From Octopus bimaculoides (lineage: Eukaryota): a stretch of DNA of 64,000 bases. The stretch is taken from contig NC_068982.1 in the NCBI RefSeq assembly GCF_001194135.2, forward strand, positions 6,732,630 to 6,796,629, read 5' to 3'. A program made the translations under genes and the position numbers. The stretch's first letter is position 1. Each line of letters begins with the position of its first letter. Shown here in pieces: positions 12,600 to 26,011 of this stretch. Below the pieces are notes generated by a model. It was not told where the DNA came from. It did not search any database and saw nothing but the letters and a program-made list of their open reading frames with translations.

Positions 12600-12910
12600 A
12601 AGTTTGCAGACTTTTTGGGGAGAAACATTTAATTTCAAAGAAATACAAATCTCTAATTTCTCTCAAAGTAGGATCCTCTAACTTCGGCGCACTTGTTGTA
12701 GTTCTTCAGCTACCTTCTGAAGGACCCCTGGAAATCCTCCAAATAAAGGCGTCCGGCACCTTTGTCACAGCCCCCTTGACTTTCAAAACAAATGCCCCTG
12801 AAGTTCTCCAGCTTGGGAAACAATCAAAAGTCACAAAGGGCATGGTCTGGGCTCTAGGGAGGCTGGGGAATAGTTTTGCTTTGCATCTCTGTGAAGTGGT
12901 TAGTTAGCCG
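12600..12910 (-). mobile_element. Mariner transposase 3' remnant
   Basis: IPQPP*SPDHALCDF*LFPKLE...NKCAEVRGSYFE, the mariner YSPDLAPCDF motif region. Confidence 0.8.
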
Positions 12911-13000
12911 GGTCCTGAGTAATGAGCACCCTAGGAACAATCGCTGCACAAATTTTGCACATGTTCAGATCTATATGAATAATTCTAGAAATTGTATGCT

Positions 13001-13200
13001 TATTTACATTATTTACATCTTGTTTGTTGTTAACACAAAGTTTCGGCTGATATACCCTCCAGCCTTCATCAGGTGTCTTGGGGAAATTTCAAACCTGGGT
13101 TCTCATTCCAAAGGTATTTTTCAATGTTATTATTATTTGATTCCAGGCAATGACCTGAATAATAATAATAATAATGATAATAATAATATTAATAATAATG
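13001..13200. mobile_element. Family H SINE: minus arm joined to a short plus arm
   Basis: Minus copy 13001-13137 including the hammerhead motif, flipping at ~13140 to ttccaggcaatgacctgaataataat. Confidence 0.8.
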
Positions 13201-13259
<59 letters not shown>

Positions 13260-13269
13260 GTATATATAT

Positions 13270-13925
13270 AAATCAAAATCGCTGATGTGGCCGATGACAA
13301 TATCACCTGATTGGCAATCATGCCAGTGGAACGTTGAAAGCACATCCAAGTGTGGAGTGTAACCAGCCCACTTATGAGTACCCCTCATTCATTGGACAAT
13401 AAACTTTGCTTGCGAAGACCTATTAAGGCAAGTGAAATCAAGTCAAAATTGCTGACGTGGTCGATGACAGTACCCCCTGATTGGCACTCGTGCCAGTGGA
13501 ACGTTAAAAGCACATCTGAGCGTGATTGTTGCCAGGGCCACGGATTGACTCCCGTGCCAGTGGCACATAAAAGGCCCCATTCGAGTGTGATCGTTGCCAG
13601 CGTCGCCTTACTGGCACATGTGCCGGTGGCACATGAAAAACAACATTTGAGTGTGGTCATTGCCAATGCCGCTGGACTGGCTCCTGTGCAGTTTTTGAGC
13701 ATGGTCGTTGTCAGTACTGCCTGACTGGCCCTTGTGCCGGTGGCATGTAAAAGCACCCACTACACTTTCAGAGTGGTTGGTGTTAGGAAGGGCATCCATC
13801 CAGCTGTAGAATCTTTGCCAGATCAGAATGAGACTGGTGCAGCCTTCTGGCTCACCAGTCCTCAGCCAAACCATCCAACCCATGCCAGCATGGAAAATGG
13901 ACGTTAAACGGCGATGACGATGATA
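13270..13925 (+). mobile_element. RTE 3'-UTR-type modular repeat (family C)
   Basis: Repeated gagcgtgatcgttgccag modules; ends catgccagcatggaaaatggacgttaaacggcgatgacgatgat. Confidence 0.8.
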
Positions 13926-13964
13926 AGTGTGAGTGAGTGAGTGAGTGAGTGTCAGGTGGCGGGT

Positions 13965-14460
13965 TCAGGGTTTGGGTTGTGTTGTTGGAGAATGGATAAT
14001 CTTGAGGTCGTCACATGCAATACACCTTGCTCCAGAATTCTTCTCATTGTCTGATAAGCCTGTTAAGATCACTGATGTCTGTGCTGGTGGTTCTTCTGAC
14101 AGGGCGTTGATGGTATCTTTCCCCAAGTATTGCTTTCTCTTGAGAGACATCAGACCTCTGTTCTCTTTCAGAACCTTTAGCTGTTTATCTTCATCATATT
14201 TTCTGATGTCTTCTTCCATCCAACGTCTGATCATTTTACAGGTGTCAACGTATTCAATGTTCAGAATACTTGTTCCGCTTCTCTTCATTTGCCGATGCTT
14301 CTCTCTGACCTGTTTGGTTTCTGCCGGAAGCTTCTCTTTTTTAGGTGGCTTATTATTTCCAGCCATCATTGCAGCTGTATCCATTTTAGTGGTGGGGATA
14401 TTCTTTGAATAAGAGCTGAGGTCATTGTCTGAATGATGTTGTTCCAAGGCTTCAAACCTG
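13965..14460 (-). mobile_element. RTE-clade LINE ORF fragment (endonuclease-RT linker)
   Basis: NRFEALEQ...NIEYVDTCKMIRRWMEEDIRKYDEDK...KQYLGKDTINALSEE resembles the RTE linker. Confidence 0.7.
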
Positions 14461-14606
14461 TTAGGAGTAGTGGTGGTGGTGGTGGTGGCGACAGTTGCAG
14501 CGGCGGTGGCGGCAGTGGTGGTAGTAAAGTACTTCTTTCTATTTATTTCTTAGAGCAGCTCCTAATCTTAGCAACTAATTAAAAGTTTAAAGTAATTATA
14601 TAGGTT

Positions 14607-14650
<44 letters not shown>

Positions 14651-16130
14651 GATCTGATGCACATTTTTAAGTAAAGAGAAAATATAGTAATTTGATGGAT
14701 GAGGGTCATAATATCACGTTGGATTGATGTTGAAAGATTGTTCTGTTACAAACCTTACAAACATGCCATGCAACAATTGCAAAACACAAGAGTTATTGAG
14801 AAAGGCAATATGATCATTACCATTTTATCAATAATATCCATGTTAAAATAGCACTGCACATCCATTCTTGGTGTAGAACAATGTTGTAGAAAGTGTGTTA
14901 AATATGGACAGAAACAGATAAATTGTTGAATATTGACATCAAACTCTTTGCTATTTCCTTATTCTATATCATTAATTATGACATGCAAGGTTTCTTTATG
15001 AAACAAGGCTGAAAGATAACTTAAGGTTTGTTATGTTGTTAAAAAATATAATAACTAACACTGGAATTAATTTAATAGCAAATATTGGACGTTAAACATG
15101 CTAAAACTGTAGAATATCAAAAGAAAATCTGACCTATCTTGCTTAGAAATTTTGGTAAATTAACAGGGAAATTTATGATAGTAACAAAGTAATGTAATAC
15201 AAGGGAATGGTTCAGTAACATTGTGGATCTTGTTAAAATAACATAGCAAAGAACAAACATTGACTTGCAAGTATTATTGTATCAGAGCCACAAAACTGCA
15301 TTCTCAAAGTGAATGCATTCTATTCAAAGAATATTCCTATCTAAATTTATATTTCTTTTATTGAATCCGCATTTTTTTTACAATATAGTTAGGCCTGACT
15401 TATTATTAATGTTGCTTTTGTGTATCACCAACATGATCATCCTTTCACTGGATGTATTATATTTCTTGAGAGCAAAGCTCCAACTGTGCGATGTTCACTG
15501 TTGTTCTGCCTCCATTGTTTAGTTATCATTTTACTTCAGGCAGCAAGTTTGGAATCATTCAAAATTGTGTATTTTTACTTTGTTTCTGTTATGAAACTGA
15601 ATTTCTCTGTTGCTATATTACCATAGTAATCACCGATTTTCAGTAGGTATGTGTGTGTACATACATACATATATATATATACGTCCCTCTACACACATCT
15701 GCTATTGGTGCATTATTGTCTTACAAATTAATGTAGGCTTAGTACTGTATCTCTTCAGACACAAACGTATATAACAAATCAAATCAAATAAATCAGTTAT
15801 ATTAACCTTCCTTCCCAATATTTCTGATGTTATTTTTCTTGATTAGCATCAGGATGCCCCACACTGGGCACATTTACAATCAACAACATTCCAGCTATGG
15901 CCATCTTGTAATACCAAATTGTCCAATATGGCTTTCTTTTACTTAAGACGGCTGGAGAAGATTTGAGGAATTCAGCTGCTAATTTTAGCCATTCGAGGAT
16001 CCCATTGTTAGAGTAAGGAATTTACTGCATCAATTATCTAGTTATAATATAACATTTTATATAGTTATCAGCTGGCTGATGATATTTAAAATGTTAGAAT
16101 ATCAATTATGAGACAATATTATGAATCAAA

Positions 16131-16472
16131 ATTTCGTCTGTCTTTACATTCTGAGTTTAAATTCTGCTGAGGTTGACTTTGCCTTTCATCCTTTTGGGGT
16201 CGATAAATTAAGTACCGGTTGCATACTGGGACCGATCTAATCGACTGGCTGCCTCCCCCAAAATTTCAGGCCTTATGCTTAGAGTAGAAAAGAATTTTAC
16301 GAATCAAAACTTCATCTGTCTTAAAATTCTGAGTTCAAATTCTGCCAAGGTTGACTTTGCTTTTCATCCTTTCGGGGTCGATAAATAAAGTACTTAATTG
16401 GGTACTAGGGTCGATCTAATCCACTGGTCCCACCTCCCCAAAATTTTGGGCCTTGTGTCTAGAGTAGAAAAG
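16131..16472 (+). mobile_element. Tandem dimer of 5'-truncated SINE family A
   Basis: Two ~180-bp units bounded by a thrice-repeated aat(a/t)tta(c/t)gaatcaaa. Confidence 0.85.
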
Positions 16473-16679
16473 AATATTACGAATCAAAGCTGCTTGGTGT
16501 TGTGGTTACTTATCTCACAGAACAAAACTGGACAACAAAGCAATCATGAAATGTTATGCTGACGTTTCCAGTTAGTGACCCCTAAGTAGAAAAAAAAAAT
16601 CTTAGTTTAGCAGTAAAGACCATTCAGCTAGAATTTTCAAGGTACAGAATTTCGTTCTTTGAAGCAGCTTACTGCCCAC

Positions 16680-17030
16680 TTTTCAAAGTGCAGCCATGGC
16701 TGTGTGGAAAGCAGGTTGCTTCCTGACCACATGGTTCTAGGTTCATTCCCATTGCATGGCACCAAGGGCAAGTATCTTCTACTATAGCTTTGGGCCAACC
16801 AATGCTTTATAGTGGATTTGGTAGGTGGAAACTGAAGGAAGCCCATCGAATATAGGTATATATCTATGTATATGTGTCTTTGTGTCTGTCTGTGTGTGTT
16901 TGTCCCCTACCACCACTTCACAACTGGTATTGGTTTTTCTTTTATTCTTTTACTTGTTTTAGTCATTTGACTGTGGCCATGCTGGAGCATCACCTATAGT
17001 CGAGCAAACCAACCCCAGGACTTATTCTTG
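16680..17030. mobile_element. SINE family B pieces (plus 5' half, minus 3' half)
   Basis: ggctgtgtgg...ggcaagtatcttctactatagc and tttacttgtttttagtcatttgactgtggccatgctgg. Confidence 0.7.
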
Positions 17031-17114
17031 GGAAATGGTATGAATGCATATCAGAAAGTAAATTCTAGTAAAGTCACCTTAAGAACACATGATTACATTA
17101 AACAGGGTTTTTGA

Positions 17115-17310
17115 TTAACTCTTCAGCATTTAGATGACTTCATTAAATTTATTTATTTATATTGTTTTGAATTAATCATACATTACTTTGTAACTTTGAG
17201 ATTTTTATGATATGATTATTTTTAGGATGACATTGTTGGGTAAGTGTGAGAAGTTGGATCTGGCTGATCTTAACATAAAACAAGTGGAATATATGAGTCA
17301 GATATGGCTT
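17115..17310. mobile_element. Degraded reverse copy of MITE family P1
   Basis: ttaactcttcagcatt...ttgttttgaattaatcat...gtaagtgtgagaag is the reverse complement of 1035-1249. Confidence 0.6.
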
Positions 17311-17559
17311 GAACAATTACGTCAATTGGCTAAAGACAAGATTAGATCTTTTGGATAGACTCCAAACTGTTTCTGTCTACCTAATTTCATTCTCAAGGCT
17401 TTGGTTAACTTGAGAAGACACTGGCACGAAGTGTTGCTGTAGCAGTGAAAATGAAACTATATAGTTGTGAGGCAAACACCTTAATGAATCAAGCATTCCT
17501 TTAACCATGTTTCTGCAATTCTATCAATTCTACTTGCAGTTTTCTATGGCAATGACCTC

Positions 17560-17765
17560 GCTAGAATGTCTTTTCATGTGCCACCGGCACAAGTGCCAGT
17601 AAGGCGATGCTGGTAACGATCACGCTCAAATGGTGCTATTTATGTGCCACTGGCACGGAAGCCAGACAGTTGCTCTGGCAACGATCACGCTCAGACGGTG
17701 CTCTTAGCATTCCACTGGTACATGTGCCATCACGATTTCGTTTTCACTTGCCCCAACAGGTCTGT
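17560..17765 (-). mobile_element. Family C modular repeat fragment
   Basis: ggtaacgatcacgctcaaatggtgc and ggcaacgatcacgctcagacggtgc modules. Confidence 0.75.
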
Positions 17766-18579
17766 TAAGATTATAAGGTATCTTGGTCAAGTCAAAAGTT
17801 TTGAAAAATCAATCTGAAGTTTGCGTTCAAACAACAACTGTTTGAAATTGTATTAAAAACTAAATCTGTCAACAACTCAAGATTTCATTTGCTGCCAATA
17901 ATGTAATGTATTTATTGAACATAATGTAATGCATTCAATGTCAATATGATAACGATTTCAGATTTTTTGGTTCATTCTGACATGTTTTTAATTATTTTGT
18001 ATAGATTACTGTGATAATATTTTAGTAGATTGCATTCATTTAATTAACAAGCACTTTACAATCAATTTTATTTTCAAATAAGTCAATAGCTTCCAGTGAA
18101 CTTGACACTTTTATTTCAGTATTTTGCCATTGACTTGAATGAAATCAATATTTTAATCTAAAGACTGATTTAACTTGTCAAGTCATTAGCTATATAATAC
18201 ATATGAGCAATTTATCTTTGTGTTGTTTACTTGTGACTCCCTTCTCTTTCAACAAATGATTAATTCAGCAAGCTAGAATCATATTAATCACAGAACTGTT
18301 CGAAAAGGTCTTGATTTTTCAAACCTCTTGAGAAGACGAAGATTATCAATCATATTGCTGATAAAATTGATTAGTGAAAAAATATATATATAAAGTGAAA
18401 ATGATCAATTCTCAGTTTTGTGGAGAAACAATTGGTAAAAAAGTTGGAGATTACATATAAAAATAAGAAACAAAACACAAAGATAGATACAATCGTTTTT
18501 AATTTTGATGAGTTTGGAATATTTTAAATGGCAATACGGAACTAATATTCTGTTATACCCAGCTTGTTAATATTGGATT

Positions 18580-18790
18580 CAAATTTAGGTACAAGACCAG
18601 TAATTTTGAGGAAGGGGGCTAAATCGATTACATCAACCACAGGGCTCAGCTGGTACTTATTTTCTTAACTCTGAAAGGATGAAAGGCAAAGTCGACCTTG
18701 GTGGAATTTGAACTCACAACATAAAGATAGACAAAATGCTTAGCAGCATTTTGCCTGGCATGCTAATGGTTCTGCCAGCTCGCAGTCTTT
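18580..18790 (-). mobile_element. SINE family A copy
   Basis: gaaaggatgaaaggcaaagtcgaccttggtggaatttgaactc. Confidence 0.8.
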
Positions 18791-19786
18791 CCCAACTTAG
18801 TAATATTGGTGTTATATATATAATGTTAGAATATTTTTACATTTTAGAGATTTGAAAGGAATGAATAACACAAGATGAGTGAAAGGTATCGATCTATGGT
18901 ATGAGTAATGCAAGAAACATGACAGAGCAAAATATCTAATCTAGGGGGTCTACTTAATAATGCAAGAGAAAAACTACTTGTACTTAACTGTACTGCTTAC
19001 TTACATCAATGTATCAGTATCCAACTAGGTGTTTCTACAATGGTTAAGCATCAACTCGGTTAATGATTAAGCTGCTTTGCTTTCATAAGATCACAAAATT
19101 AATATACAAACTCTAATGGCATCTTAATCATACATTTCCATTTACATAGTCTTATCTGTACCCAATTTTGCTTCACAGAAACATGACAATTTATTTATAT
19201 GAGAAGAGGGGATTAGCAGAAAAGCTATTAACCATAACTGTATTTCAAACTAACTCACCACTTCAGTTTGTGGATAAATACAAACTGCTACCATTACAAA
19301 TAAATCAGTTTATCCTTCCATTGCTGAAAGACTCCCCCTCATTGCATAAATTCACATAAATGAGTGAATTCTATATAACAGCATTGACAAAGAATAGTAG
19401 TTATAAAGATCTTATTCTCTAAAAGAGAAATACAGAACAATAAATATCAATTAATTAGAGACAAGACCCTTGAGATAAATCTCAGCAAAGAACGGATCTA
19501 AAATTATCTGAGATCAGATAATTATGACAAAAGAAAATACAAGAACAAAATCACAGATATATATATATAAAAAAACAGCTAATGCTTAACAGATTTCCTT
19601 CATTTCAGTTAAAGTGGAATTTTTATCAGTTTCACAGGTTTTGTCCTTTTAGAAAATGTTCTCCAATAAATGTTTCGTCTGTAATTTATGATAATTAATT
19701 CTAGAATTAAAATTTTATGAAAATTTACTTTTTAGCAAATGTTCATATTGTCATTTAATCACTTCCTCTATAGCTAAATAATAATT

Positions 19787-20440
19787 CTTTTCTACTCTTG
19801 GCATAAGGCCTGAAATTTTTGGGGAGGAGGCCAGTTGATTAGGTCGAACCCAATATGCAACTGGTACTTAATTTATCAACCCCGAAAGGATGAAAGGCAA
19901 AGTCGACCTCAGCAGAATTTGAACTCAGAATGTAAAGACAAAGTACTTCTAAGCATTTCGCCTGGCATGCTAATGTTTCTGCCAGCTGACTGCCTTAATA
20001 ACACTGTATATTCTTTTCTACTCTAGGCCCGAAATTTTTGGGGAGAGGGCCAGTTGATTAGATCAACCCAAGTATGCAACTGGTAATTAATTTATCGACC
20101 CCAAAAGGATGAAAGGCAAAGTCGACTTTGGTGGAGTTTGAACTCAGAACATAAAGACAGACGAAATACCAATAAGCATTTCGCCCAGCATGTTAACATT
20201 TCTGCCAGCTCACCTCCTTACTATAATCTTTTCTACTCTAGGCACAAGGCCCGAAATTTTTGGGGATGGGGTCAGTCGATTAGAAGGACTCCAGTACACA
20301 ACTGGTACTTAATTTATCGACCCTGAAAGAATGAAAGGCAAAGTCGACCTCGGTGGAATTTGAACTCAGAACGTAAAGACAGACGAAATAGTGCTAAGCA
20401 TTTCACCCAGCATGCTAACATTTCTGCCAGCCTACCGCTC
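19787..20440 (-). mobile_element. Head-to-tail trimer of SINE family A
   Basis: Three ~215-bp units starting near 19787, 20010 and 20228. Confidence 0.9.
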
Positions 20441-21098
20441 ATAAATACAAATTGAAAAGATGTTAAGATGTTGTTTATTCACTCAAGGCTTCTGTTCTAC
20501 TAACATTCTTCCTCCATTAACCTTCTAACTGCAGAATTCTGATGTATCCACTTAAAATTTCATTACCCTTAACTAGAGAAAACAGGTTTATATACCAATC
20601 TCTCTTTTGTTGAGGAGTGTCCAGTTTGAATATTATTTTGTTCTAAAATATATCGTGTCTTGAATGGCACGACAATGTAGAGTGGATATAATAACTGTTA
20701 TAATTTAACTATCCATAGTCTGATATAATAATATTTCGGAATATAAAAATTCCTTCTTCAGATAATCGCTAGGAATTGATCAAGTCACTGCTATAATCAG
20801 TTTTCCAACAATACTCTGCTATTATTTTGTTGAGATATGCCAAGTTTAATAAAGCAACATGACTTGCAGAAAATACCAATTATACTTTTTGGAGAATACT
20901 TGATGCTTTCATGTTTACATCATTAAAGAAACACTTTACTTTAATCTTAATATGAATGACTAAAAATTAAAACTTTTGCGATAACATTTTATAAACACAC
21001 TTTGGAAGTGTCAGTTGTGTTTGGTATTTTACAGACAAGAGAGTAAATTTTTAGCACAGTATAGCTGTAAAAACAACAGAAAGATTGAGTTTTTTTAC

Positions 21099-21160
21099 CC
21101 TTGTAAGATGGAAACTTTTTTCCAGCACCAGAGTCGTCTCAAGTAGGTCAATTTTAAGAT
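21099..21160 (-). CDS. Candidate exon (xLKIDLLETTLVLEKSFHLTR)
   Basis: Acceptor aaatgcctttag, donor AGG/GTAAAA, open phase 1 to 0; no homolog recognised. Confidence 0.3.
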
Positions 21161-22613
21161 CTAAAGGCATTTGTAGGTATTATATTGTGTTTCTACAAAT
21201 ACTTGACACATATGTGTATACATACAACAGATCTATAACGGTGGGAAAACAGTTGTTTAATATGAGTGGAATGTCTTTTTCATTTCTCTGTTTCTAAGTG
21301 ATTCATAAGTTGACAAAGTGATTTGTGGGAATTGCCTAGTTCATCAGAAGCCCCTTTTATTTTGATTTCTGGGGACAGTTAAGCAAATGTTTGAGCCACA
21401 AGCATTTCATCTTCTTCAGTCATAACACTGACCAGTTGACCACTTGTCTGTGCATTACAAATGGGCCCAGTCTGTACAAATTTGTCATGTATTCTGCAAA
21501 CTGTTAATCTTCACAGTGGTGGTCTTTGAAATTCTTCGGTTCATTTCTATCTAACCATTTCCGCATTCTCTGTTTTCCAGTTCTGCTTCATGATCCATTT
21601 TCATTCACTGTTTCTCAAATTTCCACTCATACTAAATTCCTGAAATAAGGAATTATTATTTTATTATGGAAAGAACCGGTTAAAATTAACATAGAATCAT
21701 AGAATTCTTACCCTCAAAAAGAAATAGAGAAATGAAAAGAATATTTCACTTATATTAAGCAACTTTTTGCCTATTTTTGCCAATGACTGTATATATATTT
21801 TTTATCTACTAAATTTCACTTACAAAATATTGATGAACTTGAGACTATAACAAAGTAGGTCATTTGCCAAGGTGTCATACTTCAGGATTGAACCTGAAAA
21901 CATGTGATGAGTAAATAAACTTTTGAACCACATGACCATGCCTGCAACTTTGTATATTTTATGCATTTCCTGCACCAAGCTGTCAAATGATCTAAATTGT
22001 TAAAATTAAAGTTTTGTACTCAGGTACATAAAATTTTGAAATGCTTTAAAGGAAATGCTTTTTAATGAAAATTTCATATTTTATTTGAATTCTTTATTTA
22101 TATTTATTGGAGATTTATTTTCAAAAGGGAGAGGAAACTTTTGTAAAATGTCAGTTTCTACTTTTCTTTCTAATCTACCTTTATATGATGAAATATTTTT
22201 ATTATTTGAATAATGCCCTTTTTTTTAAGTTACTCATATTTGAGATAGCATTCTCATTCAAACAGCAAATCTATTTAAATAGTAATTATGAAAATAATGT
22301 AGAATTCCTTCTTCAATTATTTTTTTCCCAAAGTAATTACAACAATATTGAAGCATAGATTTTTAAGGACTTTGATTAGATGTTTAATTCTGGAAAAAAA
22401 AAAAAAAAAAATGCTGTTTCTTTTCTTTCTGAAATACAAATCCTATAACGTGTTAACTGTGCTAATTAATGTTCTTTGGTAGAATCAATTTGAATTATTC
22501 TGTAACATTCTTGAATTTAGGATTGTAATTGCATATAAAGTATTTAATCTTTTAACACCTTCACCAGAAAATTGCAGTGTATTATATAATTAGAATCTCT
22601 GAATAACATTCAG

Positions 22614-22726
22614 TGTTCTAAACATTCATAAACATGCTTCTTCCTGTATGAAAAATAAATATGAAACATTTGCAGTTCTGGAAAAATACTTTACTAAAAA
22701 TTCTCATCTATCTTTAGCAGATAAAG
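22614..22726 (+). CDS. Candidate exon (VLNIHKHASSCMKNKYETFAVLEKYFTKNSHLSLADK), or microexon at its 3' end
   Basis: Strong donor AAG/GTGAGT after 22726; open frame back to acattcag; internal AGs at 22675, 22717 and 22720. Confidence 0.25.
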
Positions 22727-23851
22727 GTGAGTATGTTTTTGTGAATTAACGTGGAATTGGCATAATTAAATTATACAATATTACACTAATTTGCTTTTGC
22801 AAAAGAAACGGTGAAGGCTTCAGTTTAATAGCCAATACACACATGTTGGTTTTTATACAAGATAACATTTACGTGTGATAACATTTGCTTTCCTATTGGT
22901 TGTGTAATGTACAACGAAGTGTAAAACCACTTACAGAAACATCACGATTTAGACAACAAATATTTTGAATTCAATCAGGCAATCATTCATTAATAGAAAT
23001 GTTTCTTAATCTGATACTAATTTACAAACATTTATATTGTACTGTAGCAGCAGTGGTATGGGGGTGGGGGCGTATGCTGTAATAACACATCAATGCATCC
23101 ACCTCCTGGTGGATAATTCCTCTGCGCCACTCTGGCAACAACCCTCCAATTCATGGGTTTCTTTAGTTTGTCATTGTTGGTGAGGGTTTTACAAGGTCGA
23201 AGGGCAAATCTTACTTTAAGCTCTTTTGGTCACCTTTTACAAAATGCAAATGAAATTTTGGATTTATTCTTTAACATACCTTTGCTTAAAATTCAATTGT
23301 TAAAAGACAATTCAGCATATCAATGTCATATTGTGGCAATTTGTTGTGTCTATTCAGTTTTCTATGATGATGTGAGAAAAACAGGGGTTATAAAATTTCT
23401 TTACAAGTTGGAATATCAGAAATGCTTGGCCTCACAGAGAAACTGTAGGAGTTATTTAATATTACTGTAGACTTTTCTTACTGATTGCCACTGAAAGTTT
23501 TGTATTCGGGTATACTTATATATATATATATATATATATATCTCATAAATATACATATATATATATATCATAAATATACAGGAATTATCATTGAGTTGCT
23601 TCTCCAACATACTGAAAATTTAGAAATAGCAGTCAAAGAACTACTGATTCTAAACTACAAATTTTTCTCTAAATGAATGCTGATATTTATGGCACACATA
23701 GAACAAAAAACCGGAGGGGAAAGCATAAACAAAACAAGTCTCTAGTTAACCGGATACGATCGTTTCATGGTTAAGAGAATGAAAATTTCCCTATTCCAAA
23801 TCATCAGTCCCATATTCTGATAAATTTGAAAGTGTCTCTAAAAAAATTCAC

Positions 23852-23962
23852 NNNNNNNNNNNNNNNNNNNNNNNNNNNNNNNNNNNNNNNNNNNNNNNNN
23901 NNNNNNNNNNNNNNNNNNNNNNNNNNNNNNNNNNNNNNNNNNNNNNNNNNNNNNNNNNNNNN
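23852..23962. other. Assembly gap
   Basis: N run. Other gaps at ~11622-11631, 24280-24289, 29499-29528, 53012-53946 and 62744-63026, mostly beside (TA)n tracts. Confidence 1.
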
Positions 23963-23970
23963 GGCACTTG

Positions 23971-24033
<63 letters not shown>

Positions 24034-24049
24034 TACACACATATATATA

Positions 24050-24215
24050 TATGTAGTGAGAATTCACAAGAAACAAAACACGAAGACAGGTGGTGTAGAA
24101 AACAAACTGATGTATTAGTATAACTCTCGAGAATTGAAAAGGTCTTTAACATTTCGAGCCTACGCTCTTCCACAGAAAAGAACACAGAAAGAAACAAGGA
24201 GAGAAAAAAATATGT
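24050..24215 (-). mobile_element. Penelope-like 3' end with hammerhead-like motif
   Basis: Reverse complement of the 3' end of the GIY-YIG element at 29090-29225. Confidence 0.75.
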
Positions 24216-25159
24216 GTAGTGGTCTGCGATCTATCATGGCGAAGATGTGTATGTGTGTGTGTGTGTGTGTATATATATANNNNNNNNNNTATATATATAC
24301 ACACACATACACATATATATATATATATATATACACATACACACACACATATATATAGATATATATATATATATGGAGAGAGAGAGAGAGAGAGAGAGAG
24401 ATAATGACAGTAGATTCTGTGACTTTCAGTTTGACACAATGGATCTATATCTACAGGATGATTCAAAAGTCACCATACATAATTTATTTTTTTATAAGAA
24501 ACAGTTTTTTTATTTAACTGGTTCTGGACGAAGAGCATATTAATTTACCAAGAGTTACAGTGTAGTGTGGCTAATCCTCAAAAGGATTAATCGGATCATC
24601 CTTTTTTGATGGTACTAGTCCTATTTTGCTTGAACTTGTTATGATAATCTATTGTGCCAAGCATTCAAGAGGATTTTCAAATATATGAAGGTTTATTTCC
24701 AGGAAGATGGAGAACCTTCACATTACCATAGAAATGCAAGGGATTTACTTTGATGAGATATGCCAGACAAATATATTGGATGAAGCAGTTCAGCAGAATA
24801 TCACACATATTCACTAGACGTCTTTGCCCTAAACATTTTATGAAGATACTGTAAAGATAATATTTACTGTACACAAACAGCAACAGTCAATGAATTGAGC
24901 ACAGCCGTTGTACAAGAATGCATGCAAATACCAAATTAAATATTTCTTGATGTCTCTTATTCCATTGCTTCCTATTATCAATGGCACCTGAACCAGAACT
25001 GCTGTTAGTTTGAAAACAGGCATTAATAAAATGATTAAATTCTGTCGAGAGATTCTATTAAATTTTGAAGATGGAATGTATTTTAATAAACACTAGCTTT
25101 ATGATTATTTAATGCATGTAAACATTTTTTGAGGACACTCTACATTATTTATTTATATC

Positions 25160-25203
<44 letters not shown>

Positions 25204-26011
25204 TATTGCATGTAAAATATGTAAATAAAAGAAATTATGATATTCAAAATAATATTGATAATATAATAACTGGTAAATATATAGGACAATCTTAAAAATA
25301 AAATAATACATACAACAAAAATATGTAGAAGAATATTAAAATGCTAAACCAGAGATAAAGAAGAAATTGTTAACTGTATGGAAAAATGGAAAACAACATG
25401 CTGTGAATGTTGATAGTGATCTGGAACATATAAAACTGACAATAGGCAGGAAGAAGAATTAGAAGATGAAAGAATGGGCATGGATATGAAAAAATCCCAA
25501 AATAAAAAGAAACAGGAAACAAATTTCAAAAGAAAGATATTAATCTTTAAAATATACCTTGAAAGCATCACTAAATGAACAAAGAAATAATCACAATAGC
25601 ATGTTTGCCACCATTATTATTTTTTTAGTCTCTTCGTTTATGCCTTTTTTTTTTTTCCTTTTGGTGATTGGGTTTCATTTAGCAGTATTTTATAATAAAC
25701 TGGGGAAATATCTGGAAAATCTATCCTCTTATTATTACAATAACTTTTGTTGTTGTTACCACAACTACAAGTGGTGGTGAGGATGGTGGTGCAATTATTG
25801 TTACTAATTATTGTTACTAATAACTCAAACTAAATAATAAATAGTGCAGTTACAGCATTTAAAATTGCTACCTATCTCTTAATGCTCAGTTCTTTGTAGG
25901 TTTGTTCACTGTTCATATTTTTAGACAAGACAAGATTGTTAGTTCTGCTTGAGACTATTATGCTAACACTAATTACATTCTTTAATCATAGTAAAAGATA
26001 TCTTGAGTGGT

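Noticed and set aside
12149-12638. Many YI/CV/HT-rich ORFs (also near 7400, 11450, 13150, 23850 and 24200)
   Set aside because: Translations of TA/CA microsatellites.
23270-23365. Strong minus-strand donor AAG/GTATGT
   Set aside because: All frames from the available acceptors hit stop codons.
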